The notes beneath the pieces are model-generated. The model did not search any database and had not been told where the DNA came from. It worked only from the letters and a program-made list of their open reading frames with translations. Positions 19,233-27,428 of a stretch of DNA of 64,000 nucleotides are shown in pieces (within the stretch, counting starts at the first letter, position 1; the number at the start of each line of letters is the position of its first letter). The stretch lies in the NCBI GenBank assembly GCA_964521075.1, contig CAZFPI010000002.1:4548-68547 (forward strand), in the 5' to 3' direction. The translations under genes were made by a program, and so were the position numbers. This DNA comes from an uncultured Sterolibacterium sp. GTDB taxonomy: Bacteria > Pseudomonadota > Gammaproteobacteria > Burkholderiales > Rhodocyclaceae.

Positions 19233-20288
19233 ATGACCACCGCCGCTCACCTGCAGCACTTCGGCCTGACCCGCCCGCCCTTCCAGATTCGGCCCGATAC
19301 GGATTTCTTCTTCCCGGGCAACCGCCAGGGAGAATATCTGGACGCCCTGCTGCATGTCGCCGCGCACGACGAAGGGCTCTGCATCGTCATCGCCGGTGCA
19401 GGCAGCGGAAAAACGCTCATGGCACGCCAGATGATTTCCCGGCTCCCCGAGGACATCCAGGCACTTTACCTGGCCTACCCCTGCCTCGGTCGCGGCGAAA
19501 TTCTCGATGCCATCGGCAGCGAACTGGGCATGGACTCCCTGCCCGACACGATGGATGGCAAACTCGCCATGCTGCAAGGGCAGCTCCGGCAGCGGCATGC
19601 CGACGGAAAACGGATACTGCTCGTCATCGACGAAGCGCACACCCTGCCGACCGAATCGCTCGAAGAAATCCGCATGCTCTCCGATCTGGAAGCAGAACAG
19701 CACAAACTGGTCAACATTCTGCTGCTGGGCCAACCCGGGCTGGACACCCTGCTCACCGACCCCCGCCTGCGGCAGGTGCAGGATCGCGTGATCCACCGCT
19801 TCGAGCTCACCCCTTTCTCGCGCGACGATGTTGCCGCCTATATCGACCACCGTCTGCGTGCCTCGGGCTGGCAAGGCGGCCCGCTGTTCGACGACAAGGC
19901 ACTTGACGCCATCAGCCACGCCTCCGAAGGCCGGGCGCAACGGATCAACCTGCTGGCCGATCTCTCCTTGCAGGCAGCCTGCGCCAAAGATGCCAAACAG
20001 GTTCACGCCAGCCACGTCAAACAGGCCATGGCCAGCCTACCCGACGCCCCGGCCCTGCCCCGGGAACAATCCACCCTGAAACTCCCCACCCTGCCTCGTC
20101 TGCGGCTAGCGGGCTCGCTTGCCGCGCTGGCCCTGGCAGGCACGGTTGCCTGGGCCCTCACCTTCACCGGCACGGCCTCAAAACAGGCTGCTCCGGCATC
20201 CCCCCCCCATGCCCAGGCCAAACCCCAGACCAAAGCCGGGGGCAATGCCGCCTCACCTGCCGAACCGGCAGCCACCCAACTGGCCTAA
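19233..20288 (+). CDS. ExeA/GspA/MshM-like AAA+ ATPase with C-terminal TM segment (paralog 1)
   Basis: Sequence includes HFGLTRPPFQIRPDTDFFFPG... It has Walker A (GAGSGKT) and Walker B (LLVIDEAH) motifs, then a TM helix (LAGSLAALALAGTVAWALTF) and a Pro/Ala linker. It ends at TAA 20286-20288. Confidence 0.8.
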   Translation: MTTAAHLQHFGLTRPPFQIRPDTDFFFPGNRQGEYLDALLHVAAHDEGLCIVIAGAGSGKTLMARQMISRLPEDIQALYLAYPCLGRGEILDAIGSELGMDSLPDTMDGKLAMLQGQLRQRHADGKRILLVIDEAHTLPTESLEEIRMLSDLEAEQHKLVNILLLGQPGLDTLLTDPRLRQVQDRVIHRFELTPFSRDDVAAYIDHRLRASGWQGGPLFDDKALDAISHASEGRAQRINLLADLSLQAACAKDAKQVHASHVKQAMASLPDAPALPREQSTLKLPTLPRLRLAGSLAALALAGTVAWALTFTGTASKQAAPASPPHAQAKPQTKAGGNAASPAEPAATQLA

Positions 20289-20363
20289 AACACCCACACT
20301 CCGCCACCCGGCCCATCCCCCGCAGACACACCGGCCAGCGCGGCACAAGCCACCGTCGCACCG

Positions 20364-21002
20364 GTGCGCCCTGAACCAGCATCGCCAGCTCCCGCCCCGG
20401 TCGCCGCAGCCCCGACGGCCAAACTCCCTGCCCAGTCCGCACCATCCACACCATCCGCCCCCACCTCCGCCAAAACGACACCCACCGCAACGACAGCCCC
20501 GGCGCAGGCCAATGGTGCCAGTGGAAAACCCTCGCCGAAACTGAAGCTCGACACCGAACTGGCCTCCGTGCAACGTGTCATTCCCTTCGCAGTGTATTCC
20601 GCCAGTCTCGGGCCGCGCGGACGCAAGGCCATTGCCGAAATCGTGCCGCTGGCCAAACAAGCCGAGCGCATCAATGTCCGTGGCCGCACCGACAGCTCTG
20701 GCGACCGCGAACAGAACCGAGAAATCGCCAAAGCCCGCGCCATCAGCGTCATTTACGCCTTCAAGGCCGAAGGTGTTTCGCGCAAAATCATGAAAGCCAC
20801 CTACTGCACCCGCTGCTTCGTCGCCACGAACGACACGGCAGAAGGCCGCCGCGCCAACCGCCGCGTCGATGTCGAACTGGTCATGCCAGCCAAGCTGGCC
20901 CTGCACCTGCCCAAACCGGTCTATTCCGCGCCGGACGTCGACAACGGCCCGGTACTGCTGGCGCGTCTGGACGACCGTTTCATGGAATTCGGCCACCGCT
21001 GA
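20364..21002 (+). CDS. OmpA_C-like peptidoglycan-binding module with no signal peptide or credible start; probably the detached C-terminus of the preceding ExeA-like gene
   Basis: It is in the same reading frame as 19233..20288, and the frame stays open from 20289 onward. A Pro/Ala/Thr linker precedes the OmpA-like core (INVRGRTDSSGDREQNREIAKARA...AEGRRANRRVDVELV). The only start candidate is GTG 20364, which has no SD sequence. Confidence 0.6.
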   Translation: MRPEPASPAPAPVAAAPTAKLPAQSAPSTPSAPTSAKTTPTATTAPAQANGASGKPSPKLKLDTELASVQRVIPFAVYSASLGPRGRKAIAEIVPLAKQAERINVRGRTDSSGDREQNREIAKARAISVIYAFKAEGVSRKIMKATYCTRCFVATNDTAEGRRANRRVDVELVMPAKLALHLPKPVYSAPDVDNGPVLLARLDDRFMEFGHR

Positions 21003-21039
21003 CCCCATCGCCTCCGTCACCTGACCGCCCTTCACTGCC

Positions 21040-22173
21040 ATGTCCATCCTCTATCTGGAACACTTCGGCCTCTCCAGGCCGCCCTTCCAGATCACCCCAG
21101 ACACGGATTACTTCTACACCGGCGGCCAGCGAGGCGAGCTCCGCTCTGCCCTGCTGCATGTCGCCGTACATGACGAAGGTATCAGCACGATCGTCGCCGA
21201 AATCGGCAGCGGCAAGACGCTGCTCGCGCGGCAGATGCTGGGAGACCTGCCCAAAGACATCACCACGATCTACCTGGCCAACCCCTGCTTCAGCCGGGAA
21301 GAAATCCTCAGTGCCATCGGCCGCGATCTGGGCATGGAAAACATGCCCGCCTCCATCGAAGCCAAACTCGCCGCACTGCATCGGGAACTGCTCCGCCGCC
21401 ATGGCAACGGCGAACGGGTGCTCCTCGTCATCGACGAAGCCCACGCCATGCCGGCCGAATCCCTCGAAGAAGTCCGGCTGCTCTCCAACATCGAAACCGG
21501 CAGCCACAAGCTCGTCAATATCCTGCTGTTCGGCCAGCCCGAGCTCGACGAGCTCCTGAGCGAACCCCGTCTGCGGCAAGTGCGTGACCGCATCATCCAC
21601 CGCTTCACCCTCACCCCCTTCTCCCGTGCCGATGGCCTGGCCTATCTCAATCACCGCCTGCACATCGCGGGCTGGCACGGCGGCCCCATTTTCACGCGCG
21701 GCGCGATCAGGCTCCTGATGAAAGCCTCCGGCGGACGCGCCCGGCGCATCAACCTGCTCGCCGACAAATCCCTGCTGGCCGCCTATGCCGAACAGGCCCG
21801 CAAGGTCACCTGGCGGCATGTACGCAATGCCTGCAAGGATTTCGAGCCCCGGCGACATAAAAAACACCGCCCGGCCTGGCTTGCCCGGCCAGCCAGCACC
21901 AGCGCGGCCACACACACCGCCCCCCAGTTTTCCTGGCTGCAGGTTTTCGTACTGAGCCTGGCCGCATCCATTCTCGCGGCCACCGCCGCCCTGATATTCA
22001 CCAGAACATCGCCCCCCTGGAAAGCTCTGGAACCGGGCATCCTGCCCCAGGCAAACACAGCGGCCGCATCAACCGCATCAACCGCATCAACCGCATCGAC
22101 CACATTGGCCACAACACCCGCCCCGGGCAAAAAAACAACGCCTACCACCCCCTTAACTAAAGTAAAACCTTGA
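21040..22173 (+). CDS. ExeA/GspA/MshM-like AAA+ ATPase with C-terminal TM segment (paralog 2)
   Basis: Sequence includes HFGLSRPPFQITPDTDYFYTG..., EIGSGKT, LLVIDEAH and a TM helix (VFVLSLAASILAATAALIF). It has a short Ala/Ser/Thr/Pro tail. By eye it is about 55-60% identical to paralog 1 over the ATPase domain. Confidence 0.8.
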   Translation: MSILYLEHFGLSRPPFQITPDTDYFYTGGQRGELRSALLHVAVHDEGISTIVAEIGSGKTLLARQMLGDLPKDITTIYLANPCFSREEILSAIGRDLGMENMPASIEAKLAALHRELLRRHGNGERVLLVIDEAHAMPAESLEEVRLLSNIETGSHKLVNILLFGQPELDELLSEPRLRQVRDRIIHRFTLTPFSRADGLAYLNHRLHIAGWHGGPIFTRGAIRLLMKASGGRARRINLLADKSLLAAYAEQARKVTWRHVRNACKDFEPRRHKKHRPAWLARPASTSAATHTAPQFSWLQVFVLSLAASILAATAALIFTRTSPPWKALEPGILPQANTAAASTASTASTASTTLATTPAPGKKTTPTTPLTKVKP

Positions 22174-22236
22174 CATTTCAAGGTATCCCATTGATATTCA
22201 AAGCCGTATAAAGAATTTCCTACAGGACACCTCACC

Positions 22237-24090
22237 GTGACGCCCTCCGCTGCCTCCCGATCCAACGGCAAAATGCTGCGTCCAGACCTTGGCCTGTGGC
22301 TACTGCCAGCACTGCTCACTGCCTGCGCCACCCAGCCCCCCGCACCTTCCGACAAGCACCTGGCTCCCCAAACAGCCATCGACGGCCGCGCCCCCGACTT
22401 CCTCACCCAGCCCCCCCTGCCCCCGGCTCCCCGCCCACAAGCCCGGCCGGAGCTCTACAGCGTCGTGGTCCACAATATCGACGTTCAGCAGCTCCTCTTT
22501 GCCCTCGCGCGGGACGCAAAAATGAATATCGACGTTCATCCGGGGATCGAAGGCACGATCACCATGAACGTGCTGGACCAGACGCTGCCTGAAATCCTCG
22601 ACCGCATCGCCACCCAGGTCGACATGCGCTATGAAATCAACGGCAAGAACCTCTCCATCCAGCCAGACAGCCCCTACCTGAAAAGCTACCGTATCGACTA
22701 CCCGAACATCCGGCGCGATGCCCAAAGCACGGTCAGCACCTCCACCAACATCGGCGCATCGGGCAGCAACACCGGTGGTTCAGGAGGCAGCTCAGGCAAC
22801 AACTCCTCCAACACCACCCTCGCAAGCATCACCAACAACCGCTTCTGGGAAACGCTAACGACCAATCTGCGCGACATCCTGCGCGAAACAGACAAAATCC
22901 TGCCGGAAGGCTCCAGCGAAACCGTTACCGAACAAAGCAGCCAGCAAACCGCCCAGGCCCAACCCGGCCAGACCGCTGCCGAACCCGCCGCCAGCCCAAG
23001 CGGACGAAATACCCGCCGGGAAGCCATCCCGGCCCAGCTGAACCAGCAAGGGGCTACCACCGTCCGCCGCACCACCTTCCGCGAAGCCGCCTCGGTCATC
23101 GTCAATGCCGAAACCGGCCTCGTCAGTGTGCGTGCCACGGCGCGCCAGCACGAAAAAATCCGCGAATTCCTGGGAGGCATTCTCAGCAGCGCGCGCCGCC
23201 AGGTACTGATCGAAGCCACCATCATCGAAGTCGACCTCTCCGACCGCTTCCAGCAAGGCATCGACTGGAGCATCGTGCGAAAAATCGGCAGCTCGACAGG
23301 CTCCAGCCTCACGATGCAGCCGGCAGGCCCGGCCGCATCCGGCATGCTCACCGGCGGGCTCGTCAGCACCTTGGCTTCGCTCACCTGGAAAAAGAGCAGT
23401 GCCGAAGCCGACATCAGTGCAGCCATCAAGATGCTCGAATCCTTCGGAACCCTGCGTGTTCTCTCCAGCCCGAAAATCTCCGTCCTCAACAGCCAGACCA
23501 GCCTGCTCAAGGTTGTCGATAACCAGGTTTATTTCAACATCACCGTCACCCCCGGCACCCCGGCCACGGCCACAGCACCGGCAACCCAGCCCACCTACAG
23601 CAGCACGCTGAACACCGTCCCCATCGGCTTTCTGATGACCGTCACCCCGCAAATCAGCGACAACGGCGAAGTCACGCTCAACCTGCGCCCCAGCATCAGC
23701 CGCATCAGCGGCTACGCGCTCGACCCCAACCCCATCCTGGCCCAGAACAACATCACCAACCCCGTTCCCATCATCCAGACCCGGGAAATGGAATCCGTCA
23801 TGCGGGTGCAATCCGGCGATGTCGCCATCCTGGGCGGTCTGATGCAAGACGGCCGCGACAACAAATCCGACGAAGTCCCGATCCTGAACAAAATCCCCTT
23901 CCTGGGCGAGCTCTTCAAGTTCAAGGACAACAGCAGCCGAAAATCCGAACTCGTCGTCTTCCTGCGCCCCACCGTACTCAAGGACGCCAGCCTGGATGGC
24001 GATTTCAGCACCTACCGCAACGTCCTGCCGAATGCCATTCGCGCCATGCAAGCCCCGTCTGAACAAGTCCGCACCGGGAATGCCCCATGA
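22237..24090 (+). CDS. Secretin (MshL/PilQ/GspD family) with lipoprotein signal
   Basis: 617 aa; an alternative ATG at 22273 gives MLRPDLGLWLLPALLTAC, which contains a lipobox. The C-terminal secretin domain includes LRVLSSPKISVLNSQTS...VPILNKIPFLGELFKFKDNSSRKSELVVFLRPTVL. Confidence 0.85.
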   Translation: MTPSAASRSNGKMLRPDLGLWLLPALLTACATQPPAPSDKHLAPQTAIDGRAPDFLTQPPLPPAPRPQARPELYSVVVHNIDVQQLLFALARDAKMNIDVHPGIEGTITMNVLDQTLPEILDRIATQVDMRYEINGKNLSIQPDSPYLKSYRIDYPNIRRDAQSTVSTSTNIGASGSNTGGSGGSSGNNSSNTTLASITNNRFWETLTTNLRDILRETDKILPEGSSETVTEQSSQQTAQAQPGQTAAEPAASPSGRNTRREAIPAQLNQQGATTVRRTTFREAASVIVNAETGLVSVRATARQHEKIREFLGGILSSARRQVLIEATIIEVDLSDRFQQGIDWSIVRKIGSSTGSSLTMQPAGPAASGMLTGGLVSTLASLTWKKSSAEADISAAIKMLESFGTLRVLSSPKISVLNSQTSLLKVVDNQVYFNITVTPGTPATATAPATQPTYSSTLNTVPIGFLMTVTPQISDNGEVTLNLRPSISRISGYALDPNPILAQNNITNPVPIIQTREMESVMRVQSGDVAILGGLMQDGRDNKSDEVPILNKIPFLGELFKFKDNSSRKSELVVFLRPTVLKDASLDGDFSTYRNVLPNAIRAMQAPSEQVRTGNAP

Positions 24091-25700
24091 GCCTGCTCCT
24101 CGACGCCCTGCAACGCGCCAGCCAGGAAAAAGCCGCCACAGCAGGCAAAGTGGCCGAATCTGCCGAAACCACCAAAGCCGCCGGGGCCGACCAGGCTACG
24201 GAGGCGGCGAAAAAATCCCCCGCACCGCCTCCGCCGGAAAAGCCCGCCAGGCCACCCGTCGAACTCTCTCTGGAGCCCACGACAGCCCGGGCAATCCCCA
24301 CGCCTCCCCCCCCCGCGGCATCTCCGGCAGCCACCTTGCCGCCGGAAACGCCCCCCCTGATACCGCCCCTGACACTGGCTCCTGCCCCGGCCACGGACAC
24401 TTCCAAACCCGCGCCGGAAAAACTCTCTATCGCCCCTCCTCCCCCGGCGGACACAAAAATCCCGGAACCTGCAGCATCAACCCTCCCGCCGCCCCAGCCG
24501 GTTACACCGCCGCCCCCCCCCGACACCCGCCCCCCCATCGCTGCCGTGCCGGATACCGCCGGGCCTGCCACCGCCCTGCCCCGCAAGGAGCCCCCTCTCC
24601 CCGGGGCCAATACCTCGACAGCGCGAGACATCCTCATCGCGCAGCAGCCCGCCAGACCGCCTTCCCGCCAACGTACCCTGGCACTGGCTGCCACCGGCGT
24701 TTTTGTCGGCCTGCTCACAGGCAGCTTCTTCCTGGGCTACTGGGATCCGCTTTTCAACACCTCCCCGGGCATCGTGCCCCCCCACGCTTCCCTTCCCGCC
24801 GAAACCCACGCCCCGTCTGCTCCGCCTGTCTCGCCACCTGAGGACACCCCAAGCAACACCCCAAGCACTGCAAACGCAGCGAGTGCCACGCCCACAACCC
24901 CCCCCGTACCCGACCGCCCGGCACGGCAGACCGCCCCTGCGCGTCTGCCCGCCAGTGTGGATACGGCACGCACCGCACACACCGCACGCACCGCCCGCCC
25001 GGCCACGGCGGCCAGAATTGCAGGTGTTGCCAGCCCCGCCAGTGCCGCACAATCCGGCAAACCTGCCATCACCCGCAGCAATGCGGCAGCCTCCTCCCCG
25101 CTGGAAACGGCCTACCGCGCCCTGACCCAGGGCCGCTACGCCGAAGCCACCCAAGCCTACCGCCAGGCCCTCCAGAACAATCCGGAAGAACGCGATGCCC
25201 TGCTGGGCCTGGCCTATATCGCCCACCGCCAGGGCAACCGTGACGAAGCCCGCGATTACTACCAGCGCGCCTTGCGGACAGACCCCGACAACACCACCGC
25301 CCGCGCCGGCCTGCTGGCACTGGCGGCAGAAGGCAACCCGCAAGAAGCCGCCGGAGCTGCCCGCGACCTGAGCGAAGCTCACCCGCGTTCTGCCAGCGCG
25401 CTGGCCACGCTCGGCGGCATTCTCGCCAGGGAAGGGCGGCTGGCCGACGCGCAACAAGCCTTTTTCAAGGCCGCGAGCCTTGAACCTGCCAACCCGGCCT
25501 ACGCCTACAACCTCGCCGTCGCCCTCGACCGTCTGCACAAGCCGGTTCAGGCAGCGGATTACTACACCCGCGCCCTGCATCTGGCCGAACAGGCAGGCAA
25601 CCCCGACGCCATCCCCCGGGCAAGTGCCCTGCAACGCCTGGAACAACTGCGCGGCGTCATCGCTGCCCGGACGACCGCTCAAGACACCACCGCCCCATGA
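24087..25700 (+). CDS. Bitopic protein with GspB/MshN-like N-terminus, Pro-rich regions, one TM segment and a C-terminal TPR domain
   Basis: The MSLLLDALQRA start is typical of GspB-like proteins. About 190 aa of Pro-rich cytoplasmic sequence follows, then a TM helix (LALAATGVFVGLLTGSFFLGYW). TPR repeats come last (YRQALQNNPEERDALLGLAYIA...YYQRALRTDPDN...). ATGA overlaps on both sides. Confidence 0.65.
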   Translation: MSLLLDALQRASQEKAATAGKVAESAETTKAAGADQATEAAKKSPAPPPPEKPARPPVELSLEPTTARAIPTPPPPAASPAATLPPETPPLIPPLTLAPAPATDTSKPAPEKLSIAPPPPADTKIPEPAASTLPPPQPVTPPPPPDTRPPIAAVPDTAGPATALPRKEPPLPGANTSTARDILIAQQPARPPSRQRTLALAATGVFVGLLTGSFFLGYWDPLFNTSPGIVPPHASLPAETHAPSAPPVSPPEDTPSNTPSTANAASATPTTPPVPDRPARQTAPARLPASVDTARTAHTARTARPATAARIAGVASPASAAQSGKPAITRSNAAASSPLETAYRALTQGRYAEATQAYRQALQNNPEERDALLGLAYIAHRQGNRDEARDYYQRALRTDPDNTTARAGLLALAAEGNPQEAAGAARDLSEAHPRSASALATLGGILAREGRLADAQQAFFKAASLEPANPAYAYNLAVALDRLHKPVQAADYYTRALHLAEQAGNPDAIPRASALQRLEQLRGVIAARTTAQDTTAP

Positions 25701-27421
25701 ACGCGCCCAAGCCCGCCAATGGCAAACCCGTCCGCATTGGCGACCTGCTGATCGAACGCGGCCTGCTCACGCAGGATCAACTCCGCATCGCCCTGCACGA
25801 GCAAAAATCCTCCGGAAAACAACTGGGCGAAACCCTCATCGCGCTGGGCTTCATCACCGAAGAAGCCATGCGTGGCGCGCTGGCCGACAACCTGGGCGAA
25901 CAGGCCATCAGTCTCAAGGGCATCGCAGCGGACGCCCGCGCCCTGGAGCTCATCCCGAAACAGATCGCCAAGCACCACACCCTGTTTCCGGTCAGTTTCA
26001 ATGTCGAGAAGAACGAGCTGCTGATTGCCTGTGCCGACCCCAACGACATCGTCGCCAGCGACCAGATCAACGCCCTGCTCGGCAGCAGCCCCGGCTCGCC
26101 CACCCCCGTCTGGCGGCTGGCTTCGGGCAACGAAATCCTCCCGGCCATCGAGCAGTTCTACGGCCACGAGCTTTCCATCGACGGCATCCTCCACGAGCTG
26201 GAAACCGGCAACGTCGACATGACCAGCCTTTCGCTGGGCACGCAAGGCTACAGCCACCCCGTCGTCCGCCTCATGGATTCCCTCCTCGTCGATGCCACCT
26301 TGCGCGGCGCATCCGACATCCACTTCGAACCGGAAGCGCAATTCCTGCGTATCCGTTACCGCATCGATGGCGTCCTGCGCCAGGTACGCATCCTGCACAT
26401 GCGTTACTGGTCGGCCATGGTTGTCCGCCTCAAGGTGATGGCCGGCATGAACATCGCCGAAACCCGCGCCCCGCAAGATGGCCGGATTTCGCTCTCGATC
26501 TCCGGCAGCCCGGTCGACTTCCGCTGCGCGGCGCAGCCCACCATCCACGGCGAAAACTTCGTCCTGCGGATTCTCGACCGCAAGCGCGGCATCGTGCCGC
26601 TCACCGGCCTGGGCCTGTCCGACCACCAGCTGACGCTGCTCCAGCTCATGCTGGCCCGCCCCGAAGGCATCATGCTGGTCACCGGGCCTACCGGCTCGGG
26701 CAAGACAACCACGCTCTACTCCATCCTCGGCCACCTGAACGATGAGGGCGTAAACATCATGACCCTCGAAGACCCGGTCGAGTACCCGATGCCCATCATC
26801 CGCCAGACATCGATTTCCGAAGCCGTGAAAATGGATTTCGCCGAAGGGATCCGTTCGATGATGCGGCAAGACCCGGACATCATCCTCGTGGGCGAAATCC
26901 GCGACCACGACACCGCAGAAATGGCCCTGCGCGCCGCGATGACCGGCCACCAGGTCTTTTCCACCCTCCACACCAACTCCGCCGTCCGCTCCATTCCCCG
27001 CCTGCTCGATCTGGGGATCAAACCGGATGTCCTGGCCGGCAACATCATCGGCATCGTCGGCCAGCGGCTGATCCGCACCCTCTGCAAGGCCTGCAAGAAA
27101 CCCGACACGCCCACGCCACTGGAAGCCCAGATGCTCGGCCTGGCTCCGGGTGAAGAAATCACCCTCTACCGCCCCGCAGGCTGCCCGGCCTGCGAACTCA
27201 GCGGTTACAAAGGCCGAACCTCCATCGTCGAACTGCTCAAATTCGACGGTGGTCTGGACGACCTCCTCTCCCAGCGCGCCACCCTGCACGTCCTGAACCA
27301 GTACGCCCTGGAGCGGGGGTTCATCACCATGGCCATGGATGGCCTGCGGCGGGTGCGCGAAGGGGTGACCACCCTCGAAGAAATCGCCCGGGTGGTTGAC
27401 CTCACCGATCTGGTGAGCTGA
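25697..27421 (+). CDS. mshE: GspE/PilB-family secretion ATPase of MshE type (N-terminal MshEN c-di-GMP-binding motifs)
   Basis: 574 aa. It has MshEN motifs (see findings), Walker A GPTGSGKTTT, Walker B DPDIILVGEIRD, a His box TGHQVFSTLHTN, and a tetracysteine motif CKACKK...CPAC. Confidence 0.9.
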   Translation: MNAPKPANGKPVRIGDLLIERGLLTQDQLRIALHEQKSSGKQLGETLIALGFITEEAMRGALADNLGEQAISLKGIAADARALELIPKQIAKHHTLFPVSFNVEKNELLIACADPNDIVASDQINALLGSSPGSPTPVWRLASGNEILPAIEQFYGHELSIDGILHELETGNVDMTSLSLGTQGYSHPVVRLMDSLLVDATLRGASDIHFEPEAQFLRIRYRIDGVLRQVRILHMRYWSAMVVRLKVMAGMNIAETRAPQDGRISLSISGSPVDFRCAAQPTIHGENFVLRILDRKRGIVPLTGLGLSDHQLTLLQLMLARPEGIMLVTGPTGSGKTTTLYSILGHLNDEGVNIMTLEDPVEYPMPIIRQTSISEAVKMDFAEGIRSMMRQDPDIILVGEIRDHDTAEMALRAAMTGHQVFSTLHTNSAVRSIPRLLDLGIKPDVLAGNIIGIVGQRLIRTLCKACKKPDTPTPLEAQMLGLAPGEEITLYRPAGCPACELSGYKGRTSIVELLKFDGGLDDLLSQRATLHVLNQYALERGFITMAMDGLRRVREGVTTLEEIARVVDLTDLVS

Positions 27422-27428
27422 GCCTGCC

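Noticed and set aside
20119-20544. 141-aa Pro/Arg/His-rich ORF in an alternative frame spanning the TAA between the ExeA-like and OmpA-like ORFs
   Set aside because: I considered it as a frameshift bridge via the C9 tract. It does not rejoin the OmpA-domain frame, and its sequence is pure low-complexity. The simpler reading is a single nonsense codon in frame 0.
22066-25001. Short tandem repeats as a possible CRISPR or minisatellite array
   Set aside because: The units are only 9 bp, directly abutting with no spacers, and in-frame within coding sequence. They are not CRISPR. No CRISPR-like repeat-spacer structure was seen anywhere in the window.
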